From Myxococcales bacterium UBA1660 (GTDB lineage Bacteria > Myxococcota_A > Polyangia > Polyangiales > Houyiibacteriaceae): a DNA stretch of 64,000 nucleotides. Position 1 is the stretch's first letter. Every line of letters starts with the position of its first letter. The stretch covers positions 1,285 through 65,284 of the forward strand of contig DCLA01000083.1 of NCBI GenBank assembly GCA_002320815.1. Reading direction: 5' to 3'. This document shows, piece by piece, positions 48,351-57,111 of the stretch. The notes below the pieces were generated by a model. It saw nothing but the letters and a program-made list of their open reading frames with translations, ran no database searches and was not told where the DNA came from. Both the position numbers and the translations under genes were made by a program.

Positions 48351-49213
48351 TCGAGGTCGAAGGACTGCGCTACACCTACGCCGGCGCGACGGATCCCACC
48401 CTGCGAGGTCTCGATTTCGCCATCGAGGAGGGCGAGATCTTCGGCTTCCTCGGGCCCTCCGGTTCGGGCAAGTCGACGACCCAGAAGGTGCTCATCGGGC
48501 TCCTCCCCGAGTACGCGGGCAGCGTGCGCGCGCTGGGCCGCGAGCTGCGCACCTGGGGCGCCGAGCTCTACGAGCACATCGGCGTGAGCTTCGAGCTCCC
48601 CAACCACTACACCCGACTGACCGCGCGCGAGAACCTCGAGCACTTCGCCTCGCTCTACCGCGGGCCCTGTCTGGACCCCCGCGAGGTGCTCCGGTGGGTG
48701 GACCTCGAGGCCCACGCGGACAAGCGGGTCAGCGACTTCAGCAAGGGCATGAAGAACCGCCTGAACATGGCGCGCGCCCTCCTCCACCGGCCCAAGGTCC
48801 TCTTCCTCGACGAGCCCACCAGCGGCCTGGACCCGGTGACCGCCCGCGCCATCCGCGCCCTGATCCAACGGGTCCGCGACGACGGCGCCACCGTCTTCCT
48901 GACCACCCACGACATGGTCACCGCCGACGAGGTCTGCGATCGGGTGGCCTTCATCACCGCCGGCGCGCTGCGCGAAGTGGGCGCCCCCGCGGACCTCCGC
49001 AAGGCCCACGGGCGCCGCACGGTGCGCGTCGAGGTCCGCGCCAGCGGCGGACTGCGCACCGAGGAGTTTCCCCTCGACGGCCTCGCCGATGACGCCGCGT
49101 TCCAGCGGCTGCTCCGCGAGCACCCCGTGGAGACCATCCACAGCCAGGAGACGACCCTGGAGAGCGTCTTCGCCACCGTCACCGGCGAGCCCCTCGGGGC
49201 GGCGGCCGCGTGA
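48347..49213 (+). CDS. ABC transporter ATP-binding protein (ABC-2 exporter type)
   Basis: ORF 48347..49213 with Walker A GPSGSGKST, signature SKGMKNRL and Walker B LFLDEPTSGLD. Confidence 0.93.
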   Translation: MIEVEGLRYTYAGATDPTLRGLDFAIEEGEIFGFLGPSGSGKSTTQKVLIGLLPEYAGSVRALGRELRTWGAELYEHIGVSFELPNHYTRLTARENLEHFASLYRGPCLDPREVLRWVDLEAHADKRVSDFSKGMKNRLNMARALLHRPKVLFLDEPTSGLDPVTARAIRALIQRVRDDGATVFLTTHDMVTADEVCDRVAFITAGALREVGAPADLRKAHGRRTVRVEVRASGGLRTEEFPLDGLADDAAFQRLLREHPVETIHSQETTLESVFATVTGEPLGAAAA

Positions 49214-49935
49214 GGCTCGCCGCCGCCATGCGCCTCGACGCGCGGGTCCAGGCGCGCAACCAGCTCCTGCCCATCTCGGTGGTGGTCGCCGCCCTGGGCT
49301 CCGGCATGCTCGCTTGGCTCTCCACTCCAGAGCGCCTGGCGCGCACGGTGCCCCTGGGCGTCCTGGCCTTCGTGGGCGGGTCCACGCTGCTCTACGTGAT
49401 GGCGATGATCGTGCTCGAGCGCGCCGACGGCACCCTCGCCGCGCTGATCGTCTCCCCCCTGCGCCCGGCGGAGTACCTGGGCTCCAAGGTCGTCACGCTG
49501 ACCACCCTCGCCTCGATCGAGGCGGCCATCCTCGTCGGCGGCACCTACGGGCTCCTCGCCGCCCAGGGCGAGAGCGCTCCGCTCCCCCGGCTCGCCCTCT
49601 TGGCCCTCGGCGTCGTGGTCCTCGGCGTGCTGCACGTCCTCCTGGGCGTGGTGATCGTCGTTCCGCATCGGCGCCTCATGGACGTGCTGGTCCCGATGAG
49701 CCTGGTCGCCCTGGTGCTCCAGGCCCCCGCGGTCTGGTTCGTCGGCGCGGTCGATGCCCCCTGGCTCCTGGCCATCCCCAGCGCCCCACCCACCATGCTG
49801 GTGCGCGGCGCCTTCGTCCCCCTCGCGCCCTGGGAGTGGGCCTACGGCCTCGGCGGCAGCGCCTTCGTGATCGCGGTCGCGGTGCCCTGGGCGCTGAGGC
49901 GCTTTCGGCGACACGTGGTGGAGGCCGGCGGATGA
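49210..49935 (+). CDS. ABC-2-type exporter permease
   Basis: ORF 49210..49935, a GTG start overlapping the upstream stop. Six hydrophobic segments. Confidence 0.75.
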   Translation: MRLAAAMRLDARVQARNQLLPISVVVAALGSGMLAWLSTPERLARTVPLGVLAFVGGSTLLYVMAMIVLERADGTLAALIVSPLRPAEYLGSKVVTLTTLASIEAAILVGGTYGLLAAQGESAPLPRLALLALGVVVLGVLHVLLGVVIVVPHRRLMDVLVPMSLVALVLQAPAVWFVGAVDAPWLLAIPSAPPTMLVRGAFVPLAPWEWAYGLGGSAFVIAVAVPWALRRFRRHVVEAGG

Positions 49936-50684
49936 ACGCGCACACCGTCGGCCGGCTCCTACGCAACGACGTGCGCCTGGTCTTTCGGGACCCGCTGCTC
50001 GGCCTTCTCTCGCTGATCACCCTCGCGCTGGCCCTCGGCTGCCGCTTCGCGCTCCCGGCCCTCGACGCCGGTCTGGCGGCCAATGGGCTGATGGACGGCA
50101 GCGACGGAGGGCTGCGCTTCCGCGACACCTACCCACTCTGGGTCGCCTTCATCGGCACCTGGCAGGCGGCGCTCATGCCCGGCGTCATCTTCGCCTTCCT
50201 ACTCCTCGACGAGAAGGAGGACGGCACCCTCATGGCCATGCGCGTCACCCCGGTGCCCTTCCGCGGCTATCTCCTCTATCGGGTCGCGCTCCCCTACCTG
50301 CTCGGGCTGGCCCTGGAGCTCGCGCTGCCCCCGCTCATCGGCTTCGCGCCGGCCCCGCCGGCCTGGCGTTTGTCCATCGCCCTCGTGGGCGCGCTGGCCG
50401 CGCCCGCGGCGACCCTGGTCTTCGCCGGCTTCGCCCACGACAAGGTCCAGGGGCTGGCGCTCACCAAGTTCGCGGGCATCGCCGGGCTCACCATCCTCGC
50501 CGGCTACTTCCTCGAAGGCCCCTGGCAATGGGTCCCGGGGGTCTTCCCGCCCTACCTGGTGGCCAAGGCCCACTGGCTCGCCCGGGACGGCGCCGACCCG
50601 CTCCTCGTCGGCGGCGTCCTCGCCGGGGCCGCCCTGCTCCAGATCGCGCTGATCGCGCTGCTCCTGCGCCGCTTCCGCACCTGA
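49932..50684 (+). CDS. second ABC-2-type exporter permease
   Basis: ATG at 49932 inside ORF 49089..50684, with an ATGA overlap. Multiple hydrophobic segments. Confidence 0.75.
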   Translation: MNAHTVGRLLRNDVRLVFRDPLLGLLSLITLALALGCRFALPALDAGLAANGLMDGSDGGLRFRDTYPLWVAFIGTWQAALMPGVIFAFLLLDEKEDGTLMAMRVTPVPFRGYLLYRVALPYLLGLALELALPPLIGFAPAPPAWRLSIALVGALAAPAATLVFAGFAHDKVQGLALTKFAGIAGLTILAGYFLEGPWQWVPGVFPPYLVAKAHWLARDGADPLLVGGVLAGAALLQIALIALLLRRFRT

Positions 50685-50723
50685 CTTGCCTCACCGCCGC
50701 GGCGGCGCAACGCTCCCCGCTCC

Positions 50724-52076
50724 TTGGAGCCCTCCCGCTCGATCCCGCGCCGCCTCTTCAGCCTCTCCTGGCCGGTCATCGGGCTGAACGTGCTGAACGT
50801 GCTCTCCCTCGCGGTGGACACCGCGATGTGCGGGCGTCTGCCCAACGCGCCCCAGGCCCTCGAGGCGCTGGGCTTCTCCACCCAGGTGGTCTTCCTCCTG
50901 ATGGTCGCGATGATGGGGCTCACCGTGGGCACCGTGGCCTTCGTGAGCCGCGCCCACGGCGCCGACGACGAAGCCCGGGTCAACCACCTGCTCCACCAGT
51001 CGACCCAGCTGACGGTGCTGGTCGCGCTCGGCGTCGCCGTCGTCGGCAACCTCTTCGCCGACGACATCCTGCGGCTCCTGGGCGCCTCCGAGGCGGTGGT
51101 CGGCCTCGGCCTCGACTACCTGCGGCCGCTCCTGACCTTCACCGTCTTCTACTACCTGAACCTCCTCTACGCGGCGGCCCTCCGCTCGGTGGGGAACACC
51201 CGGCTCCCCTTCCTCGTCGCGCTCTTCGCCAATGGGCTGAACGTCGTCTTCAATTACGGCCTCATCCTGGGCAACCTCGGGCTACCCGCGCTGGGCGTTC
51301 AGGGCGCGGCGCTGGGCACGGTCGCCTCCCAGGCCATCGGCGCCACGCTGTTGATCCTGGCCATCCGTCGCGGCGCCGTCCCCGGCGTCGGCCTCCCGCT
51401 CCGGCCCCGGAGCGTCGACGGCGCCCTGGCCAAGGAGCTCTTCCGGGTCGGTTGGCCCGCCGCCCTGGACATGGTGATCCTCAACGCTGGCTTCCTGAGC
51501 ATCGTGGGCATGTTGGGGCGGCTCGACGGGACCGCCGTCGCCGCCCACGGCGTCGGTCTACGGATCCAGGCCCTCGCCTTCGTGCCCGGCCTCAGCGTCG
51601 CCCAGGCCACCGGTGCCATGGTGGGCAACGCCCTCGGCGCCCACGATCCCGGCGAGGCCCGCCAGGTGGTCAAGGCCGCGGTGGGCCTGTGCACCGCCAT
51701 CATGACCGCCGTCGCCATCGTGCTCCTGGCCGGCGCCGCGCCCATCGTGGCCATCTTCGACATCCCCTTGGACACGCCGCTGGCGAACCTCTCGATCGAG
51801 TGGATGCGCATCCTCGGCGCGGGCATGCCCATCGTCGGCGTCCACATCGCGCTCATCGGCATGCTCCGGGGCGCGGGCGCCACCGGGACCAGCCTGCGCA
51901 TCAACATCGTGGGCACCGCGCTCCAGGTCCCGCTGAGCTGGCTCCTCGGTTTCCCACTGGGGCTCGGTCCCTTCGGCGTCTGGGTCGCCTTCCCCTTGAG
52001 CTTCGTGATCAAGATGCTCCTGGGCATCGCCGCCTACCGCAAGGGCGACTGGGTCCACCTCGGCGAGACCGCCTGA
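50724..52076 (+). CDS. MATE-family efflux transporter
   Basis: ORF 50724..52076. TTG is the only start candidate in the open frame. Twelve hydrophobic segments and an N-terminus LFSLSWPVIGLNVLNVL typical of MATE proteins. Confidence 0.85.
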   Translation: MEPSRSIPRRLFSLSWPVIGLNVLNVLSLAVDTAMCGRLPNAPQALEALGFSTQVVFLLMVAMMGLTVGTVAFVSRAHGADDEARVNHLLHQSTQLTVLVALGVAVVGNLFADDILRLLGASEAVVGLGLDYLRPLLTFTVFYYLNLLYAAALRSVGNTRLPFLVALFANGLNVVFNYGLILGNLGLPALGVQGAALGTVASQAIGATLLILAIRRGAVPGVGLPLRPRSVDGALAKELFRVGWPAALDMVILNAGFLSIVGMLGRLDGTAVAAHGVGLRIQALAFVPGLSVAQATGAMVGNALGAHDPGEARQVVKAAVGLCTAIMTAVAIVLLAGAAPIVAIFDIPLDTPLANLSIEWMRILGAGMPIVGVHIALIGMLRGAGATGTSLRINIVGTALQVPLSWLLGFPLGLGPFGVWVAFPLSFVIKMLLGIAAYRKGDWVHLGETA

Positions 52077-52229
52077 GCCGCCCGGTTCCCGACCGTACCG
52101 ACGCAGAGGGACCCCGCCGGGGCGCGGCGCGACGCTCTCGCCGTGGGCAGGAGGCATTGTCGCCCCACCCCGTGACGCGGCCGCGGAGTCGCCCCAGGAG
52201 GAGCGCTTCCCCCCACGTAGGAGCGACCG

Positions 52230-52760
52230 ATGAGCCAGACCCCGACCGAGAAGAAGCTGAGCGAGCTCTACGAGCTGATCGACGGCATGCAGATCGCCAT
52301 GCTCACCACCCGGCGCCCCGACGGCATGTTGGTCACCCGACCCATGGCGACCCAGAAGCAGGAGTCCGACGCCGACCTGTGGTTCGTCACCAACATCGAG
52401 ACCCACAAGATCGAGGAGCTCCAGGCGAACCCGCAGGTGAGCGTCGCCTACTACGACGGGAAGACCAGCGAGTGGGTCTCGGTCAGCGGCCGGGCCACCG
52501 TCACCCAGGACCGCGCGCGCATCCACGAGCTCTACGCGCCCGACTGGAAGGCGTGGTTCGAGGACGAGGGCGGCGCCAAGGACGGCGGCCCCGACGACCC
52601 GCGCCTCGCGCTGATCCTCGTGGAGGCGCAGACCGCTCACTACATGAAGGCGAAGCACTCGCGCCCCGTGACGCTCTTCGAGATCGCCAAGGGCATCCTG
52701 ACCGGCACCCAGCCGGACATCGGTCGCGAAGAGCGACTCGACCGCGCCGAGCTCCGCTGA
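52230..52760 (+). CDS. pyridoxamine-5'-phosphate-oxidase-like / general-stress-protein-26-type FMN-binding protein
   Basis: ORF 52230..52760 with IAMLTTRRPDGMLVTRPM and LWFVTNIETHKIEELQANPQVSV. Confidence 0.8.
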   Translation: MSQTPTEKKLSELYELIDGMQIAMLTTRRPDGMLVTRPMATQKQESDADLWFVTNIETHKIEELQANPQVSVAYYDGKTSEWVSVSGRATVTQDRARIHELYAPDWKAWFEDEGGAKDGGPDDPRLALILVEAQTAHYMKAKHSRPVTLFEIAKGILTGTQPDIGREERLDRAELR

Positions 52761-52880
52761 AGCGCGCTAGCGGTAGGGCCCGTCGGGGTCCCCGACCGCC
52801 TCCGTACCGTGCTCCGTCCCCACCGGGACGGGGCCGAGTACTTAGGTGGACGCGCACCCACGGCAGCGCCTCGGGCCCTC

Positions 52881-55625
52881 CTACTCGAGCACGTCCGCGG
52901 GGACTCCCATGATGGCCGCCGCCGCGCGGATGCCGCTGACGCAGGCCCCCTCCATGCACGGGATGTCGATGCCGTTCTTCGTCCAATCCCCCGCCAGCCG
53001 GAGGTTGCTGTGCGGCTCCCCTTCCGGCTCCGGCCGGTCGGCGAGCCCCCCGGGCGAGGCCAGCACATAGCGCGCGGACCGGTCGATGTTCCCGGTGACG
53101 TACTGGTCGGCGAAGGGATCCGCCGGAGTCCAGGGCGCGTGGAGCCGGTCGAGGTCGAGTTTGCCGGTTCCCCCATCCACACCGCCGGGCAGCACGCGCG
53201 GCAGCTCGTCCTCGGTGAACGTCTTGGCTTCCGCGAGCGCAGCCGCTCGTGCCGCTGCCCGCGCCGCCGGGTCCTCGGAGTCGGTCGACCAACCACCGCC
53301 GAAGGGACCGCTGCAGTAGAGCAAGGTCTGGGGTCCGCTCAGGGGCCAGGTCTCCACCCCGAGCAGCCGGGTGTTCTCCTGCATCGAGTTCAGGGGCTGC
53401 CGGAACCCACCGAGCACCGAGGCGTTCCAGTTCCAACCCAGGGTGTGTCGATGGTCGTCGTACCAGGTCTGCAGGTGCAGCGTGGCCACGGTGGGGATCG
53501 AGCCCACCCGGGCCAGGGCAGAGCTCGCCGGCGCCGCCGTGAAGACCCGCGCCGTGACGGGGGCCGGGAGCGCGCAGACCACCCAGTCGAAGTCGGTCCC
53601 GACGTTCAGGACGACGTCCGGCCCCACCTGCGCCGTGGAGGTGTCGTGGTTCGGATCCTCGACCAACGCGGGCGACGCCGGATCGAGCTGGGCCGGGTCG
53701 GGGTGCTGCCGAAAGCAGGGTACGGTGCCGACCCGCTCCATGGGGTCGTAGGCCTCCGGCCCCGCGAGCACCGTGGCCTGGCGAGCGTACGAGACCGAGT
53801 CCACGGACCCGCCGGTCATCCCGGCGCTCTTCACCTTGGCGAAGAACTCGATGCGCACTCCCCGCGCCCGGAGCACTTCGTACATGGGCGCGAAGACCGC
53901 TTCTCCCATCCCGGTGGTCATCTCGAAGAAGACCGCTCGCTGGTAATCGCTCACCAGCTTCAGTAGCCCCCGCGCCGCGATGGTCGCGCTGAGCTTGGGC
54001 GCGCTCTGGTCGGGTCCCTCGTAGGCGAAGACGCCGTCGTAGGGGACCTGCATGATCGCCGAGTTGGCGATGTCGAACCCGGGGACGACCTTGTGGCTCT
54101 CCATCCAATCGCGGAAGTCGAGGTGGTCGAGGTCCTCCCAGTCCTTGCCGCCGAGGACGATGTCGTCGGCGATGCCCTTGGCCAGGGTAGCGACGAAGAC
54201 CGCGATCTCCTTGACCACCTGGTTCCCCCACGGGAGGAGCGCGTTGGCGACCAGGCCCGCGAAGCCACCCCCGAGGACCGACTGGGCCAGCATCTGGAGC
54301 CACTGGACTTGCTGCCACAGCGTCTTGGGGCCCGCGCCGTAGCCATTGGGCGTGCGCGGGAAGCGAACCGGGTAGGCCTCGTCGCCGTCGTGGAAGACCA
54401 CCACGTCCTGCGGCTGGAAGGCCTCGGCAAAACTCGAGGGGTCGACGTGATCCGGCTGCGCCGCCTCGGCGTAGACCCCCCGGAACATGCGCAGGAAGTT
54501 GTGATAGAAGCCGAAGATCACGTGCAGACCGTGCTCTTCGATGCGGTCGCCCTTGGCGCGGTTCCGCCAGCTCGCGCCCTTGCCGCCCAATAGGTGGCCC
54601 TGCGCCAGGATCCGCACGTCGTACTTCTGCCGCCGCTCTTCGGTCGCGGTAAGCTCGTAGGCGGTCGAGAGCGCGCCCAGGCCACCGCCAAGGATCAAGA
54701 CCTTCTCCTTGGGCGGCGGCGCCGGGGGCGTCTCCGGCCGCTCGAGCCAGACGTCGCCGTTGCGGAAGCCGAAGTCCATCTCGAAGCTCGCCGCGAGCAC
54801 CGGCGTCACGTCCTCGGCCAGGCCCAGCACGTCACGGATCGGCTCGCTGGCCAGGGTCTCGAAGTGGACGGTGACCTTGCTCGCGTCCCCCACGCGGACG
54901 TTGGTGACGTTGTCGACCGGCGCCTGCACGTGGGTGACCGCCCGGTAGAGGACCTTCGGTGGGATCCCTCCAGGCGAGACGTCCGCGACCTGCTTCAGCT
55001 GCACCAGGTCCTGACCGAAGAGGTGCGCCGGGAGGGGCCCGAAGAACCCATCCACGGCGTCCAGCAGGGTGTCCGCGAGCTCGGCGATCGGGCTCTGAGC
55101 CGTGGCGCTGATCGAGAAGAGGGGCTCGTCTTTCCAGGCGCTGCCGTCGAAGTTCTCGGCGGCCAGGCACCGGGCGCCGATCGGTGTGGTGCCGCCCCAG
55201 AAGTCGCCGTCGCTCGGCACCGTCAGGGTCGCCGGCTTCTTCGGGAGCCCGTAGAGCTCCCGGCCCGCCACCACGGCCAGCCCCTCCGACGGATAGATGA
55301 AGGGCACGTGCAGGCCGTGGAAAGGCAGCCCCTCGCGGGTCCCCTGCACGGGCACGAAGAACGTGGCCTCCTGGTAGGCGAAGTGCCCGAGGTTCGGGTC
55401 CGCCGCGCTCGCCTCGGCGGTGTCGGTGATCGCCAGCAGCACGTGCGAACCCAAGCGCGACACCTCGACCGTCGGCGCGGCCCATCCGAAGGTCCGGGCC
55501 AGGAGGGCATCCAGCTTGGCGGGGTCCGCGGGGAGCAGGAAGAGAAAGGTCCGGGTCCCCTTCAACGAGAAGGGCGGATCCTGCAGGAGGGGAAAGCGTT
55601 CGCGAATCCGTTCGGGGCGAGTCAT
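52881..55625 (-). CDS. fusion protein: N-terminal acetoacetate-decarboxylase-like domain plus C-terminal phytoene-desaturase/amine-oxidase-like FAD oxidoreductase
   Basis: ATG at 55625 (MTRPERIRERF) inside ORF 52881..55754. The ADC-family block is VVAGRELYGLPKKPA. The oxidoreductase half has Rossmann KVLILGGGLGALSTAYEL, LGGKGASW...EHGLHVIFGFYHNF, and the C-terminal RLAGDWTKNGIDIPCMEGACVSG. Confidence 0.8.
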   Translation of the reverse strand: MTRPERIRERFPLLQDPPFSLKGTRTFLFLLPADPAKLDALLARTFGWAAPTVEVSRLGSHVLLAITDTAEASAADPNLGHFAYQEATFFVPVQGTREGLPFHGLHVPFIYPSEGLAVVAGRELYGLPKKPATLTVPSDGDFWGGTTPIGARCLAAENFDGSAWKDEPLFSISATAQSPIAELADTLLDAVDGFFGPLPAHLFGQDLVQLKQVADVSPGGIPPKVLYRAVTHVQAPVDNVTNVRVGDASKVTVHFETLASEPIRDVLGLAEDVTPVLAASFEMDFGFRNGDVWLERPETPPAPPPKEKVLILGGGLGALSTAYELTATEERRQKYDVRILAQGHLLGGKGASWRNRAKGDRIEEHGLHVIFGFYHNFLRMFRGVYAEAAQPDHVDPSSFAEAFQPQDVVVFHDGDEAYPVRFPRTPNGYGAGPKTLWQQVQWLQMLAQSVLGGGFAGLVANALLPWGNQVVKEIAVFVATLAKGIADDIVLGGKDWEDLDHLDFRDWMESHKVVPGFDIANSAIMQVPYDGVFAYEGPDQSAPKLSATIAARGLLKLVSDYQRAVFFEMTTGMGEAVFAPMYEVLRARGVRIEFFAKVKSAGMTGGSVDSVSYARQATVLAGPEAYDPMERVGTVPCFRQHPDPAQLDPASPALVEDPNHDTSTAQVGPDVVLNVGTDFDWVVCALPAPVTARVFTAAPASSALARVGSIPTVATLHLQTWYDDHRHTLGWNWNASVLGGFRQPLNSMQENTRLLGVETWPLSGPQTLLYCSGPFGGGWSTDSEDPAARAAARAAALAEAKTFTEDELPRVLPGGVDGGTGKLDLDRLHAPWTPADPFADQYVTGNIDRSARYVLASPGGLADRPEPEGEPHSNLRLAGDWTKNGIDIPCMEGACVSGIRAAAAIMGVPADVLE

Positions 55626-55627
55626 GC

Positions 55628-56251
55628 CTATCGATTCCAGGTGACGTCGAGGTGGCCGTTGAGGTCGTCCTCGAGATGCAGCTCCACCCGGGGCCGGTGC
55701 CCGTGGTGGATCACGATGCCCTCGAGGGTTCCGAGCGGGTAGCAATCCAGCCACCCGTAGAAGTCGCGGTAGGACACCCGGACACCGCCCTCGATGTCCT
55801 GGGCGTCGAAGGTCCCGCCCTCCAGCGTCATCCGGTAGAGGTCCGGCATCCGCTTCAGCGTGTCCGCGCAGTCGCCCACGAAGCTCAGAGCGACCTTGGC
55901 GACCCGGGACTTGGCGAACTCGGCGAAGTCGTCGCGCGCCAGCCGGCGCATCGCCTCGCGGGTCTCCTGATGCCGATAGCGGGTGGATGCCGCCAGATGC
56001 GCGATCCGCGAGTAGTCGATCTGCGGGTAGTTCTTGAACGCGACGTAGCGCCCCCCGCGCGGGAACGCGCGGAGGTCCATCTGCTCCACCTCGGCCCGCG
56101 GCGCGATGGCCATCAGCCGAGAGAAGAACATCCCCTTGATCGTGTGCGACGCGGGGAAGCGCGCGAAGCGCACATCGGCGCTGGTGCCGTGACCGCGGAG
56201 CGGCCGACCTTCCTCGACCACCTCGTGTGTACCCCTCACTGCGGGGGCCAC
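55628..56251 (-). CDS. DUF2378 / TIGR02265-like (myxobacterial paralogous family) protein
   Basis: ORF 55628..56251 with a GTG start; an internal GTG at 56173 is equally plausible. It ends 2 nt before the fusion gene start. The family assignment comes from overall resemblance only (TIKGMFFSRL..., YPQIDYSRI...). Confidence 0.6.
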   Translation of the reverse strand: MAPAVRGTHEVVEEGRPLRGHGTSADVRFARFPASHTIKGMFFSRLMAIAPRAEVEQMDLRAFPRGGRYVAFKNYPQIDYSRIAHLAASTRYRHQETREAMRRLARDDFAEFAKSRVAKVALSFVGDCADTLKRMPDLYRMTLEGGTFDAQDIEGGVRVSYRDFYGWLDCYPLGTLEGIVIHHGHRPRVELHLEDDLNGHLDVTWNR

Positions 56252-56346
56252 CCTAGCGAATCGAGGTCCGCCTCGTCTACGTCCCGACCTCGGGACACTG
56301 GCCCCTCGAGGCGCGTCGGGCTCCGGCGCCTGCTACACCCTGGCCC

Positions 56347-57111
56347 ATGTGTCGTGTGCTCGCCTACGTCGGGGCTCCTCGCTCGCTCGCCGAGCTCCTG
56401 GTGGAGCCCGCCCACTCGCTCGAGGTCCAGAGCTACGCGCCGAAGGAGATGGAGGAGGCCCTCCTCAACGCCGACGGCTTCGGGGTCGCCTGGTACACGG
56501 CGGGCCGCGAGGAGCCCGCGCGCTATCGGACCATCCTGCCCATGTGGGCCGACCAGAACGTGCGCGACTTCGCCGGCCACGTCCGCAGCGGGCACGTGCT
56601 GGCCGCGGTGCGCAGCGCCACCCCGGGCATCGGCCACGGCCTGGCCAACACCCAGCCCTTCGTCCACGGACCGCTCACCTTCCTGCACAACGGGTTCATC
56701 CGCGACTTCCGGCGGGGCGCGGCTCGGCGGCTCCGAGAGGGGCTCGGCGACGCCGCGTACCACGCCCTCGGCGGCAACTCGGACTCGGAGCATCTCTTCG
56801 GGGTCTTCCTCGACGACTGGTTGGAGCACGGCGATCTCGTCCGCGGGCTCCAGGAGACCCTCCGGCGCGCCGACGCGGCGCGAGACGGGGCCCGCGCGCT
56901 CCTCTCCCTCGTGGTCTCCGATGGGACCACGGTGGCGGCGGTCACCCAGGCCTTCGACGGCACCGCGCCGACCCTCTATCGCCGCAACGCCAGCGAGGGG
57001 ACGCTGATCGCCTCCGAGCCCACCTCGCCCAGCGAGGGCTGGACGCGGCTCGAGCCCGGCGTGGTCACCACCGTAACGATGCCGCCCGCGTCGCCATCCG
57101 ATTCCCCGTGA
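56347..57111 (+). CDS. egtC: class-II glutamine-amidotransferase-type amidohydrolase EgtC
   Basis: ORF 56347..57111. N-terminal nucleophile MCR, then LAYVGAPRSLAELLVEP...VQSYAP...NADGFGVAWY...AAVRSAT...LHNG, closely following mycobacterial EgtC as I recall it. Confidence 0.85.
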   Translation: MCRVLAYVGAPRSLAELLVEPAHSLEVQSYAPKEMEEALLNADGFGVAWYTAGREEPARYRTILPMWADQNVRDFAGHVRSGHVLAAVRSATPGIGHGLANTQPFVHGPLTFLHNGFIRDFRRGAARRLREGLGDAAYHALGGNSDSEHLFGVFLDDWLEHGDLVRGLQETLRRADAARDGARALLSLVVSDGTTVAAVTQAFDGTAPTLYRRNASEGTLIASEPTSPSEGWTRLEPGVVTTVTMPPASPSDSP

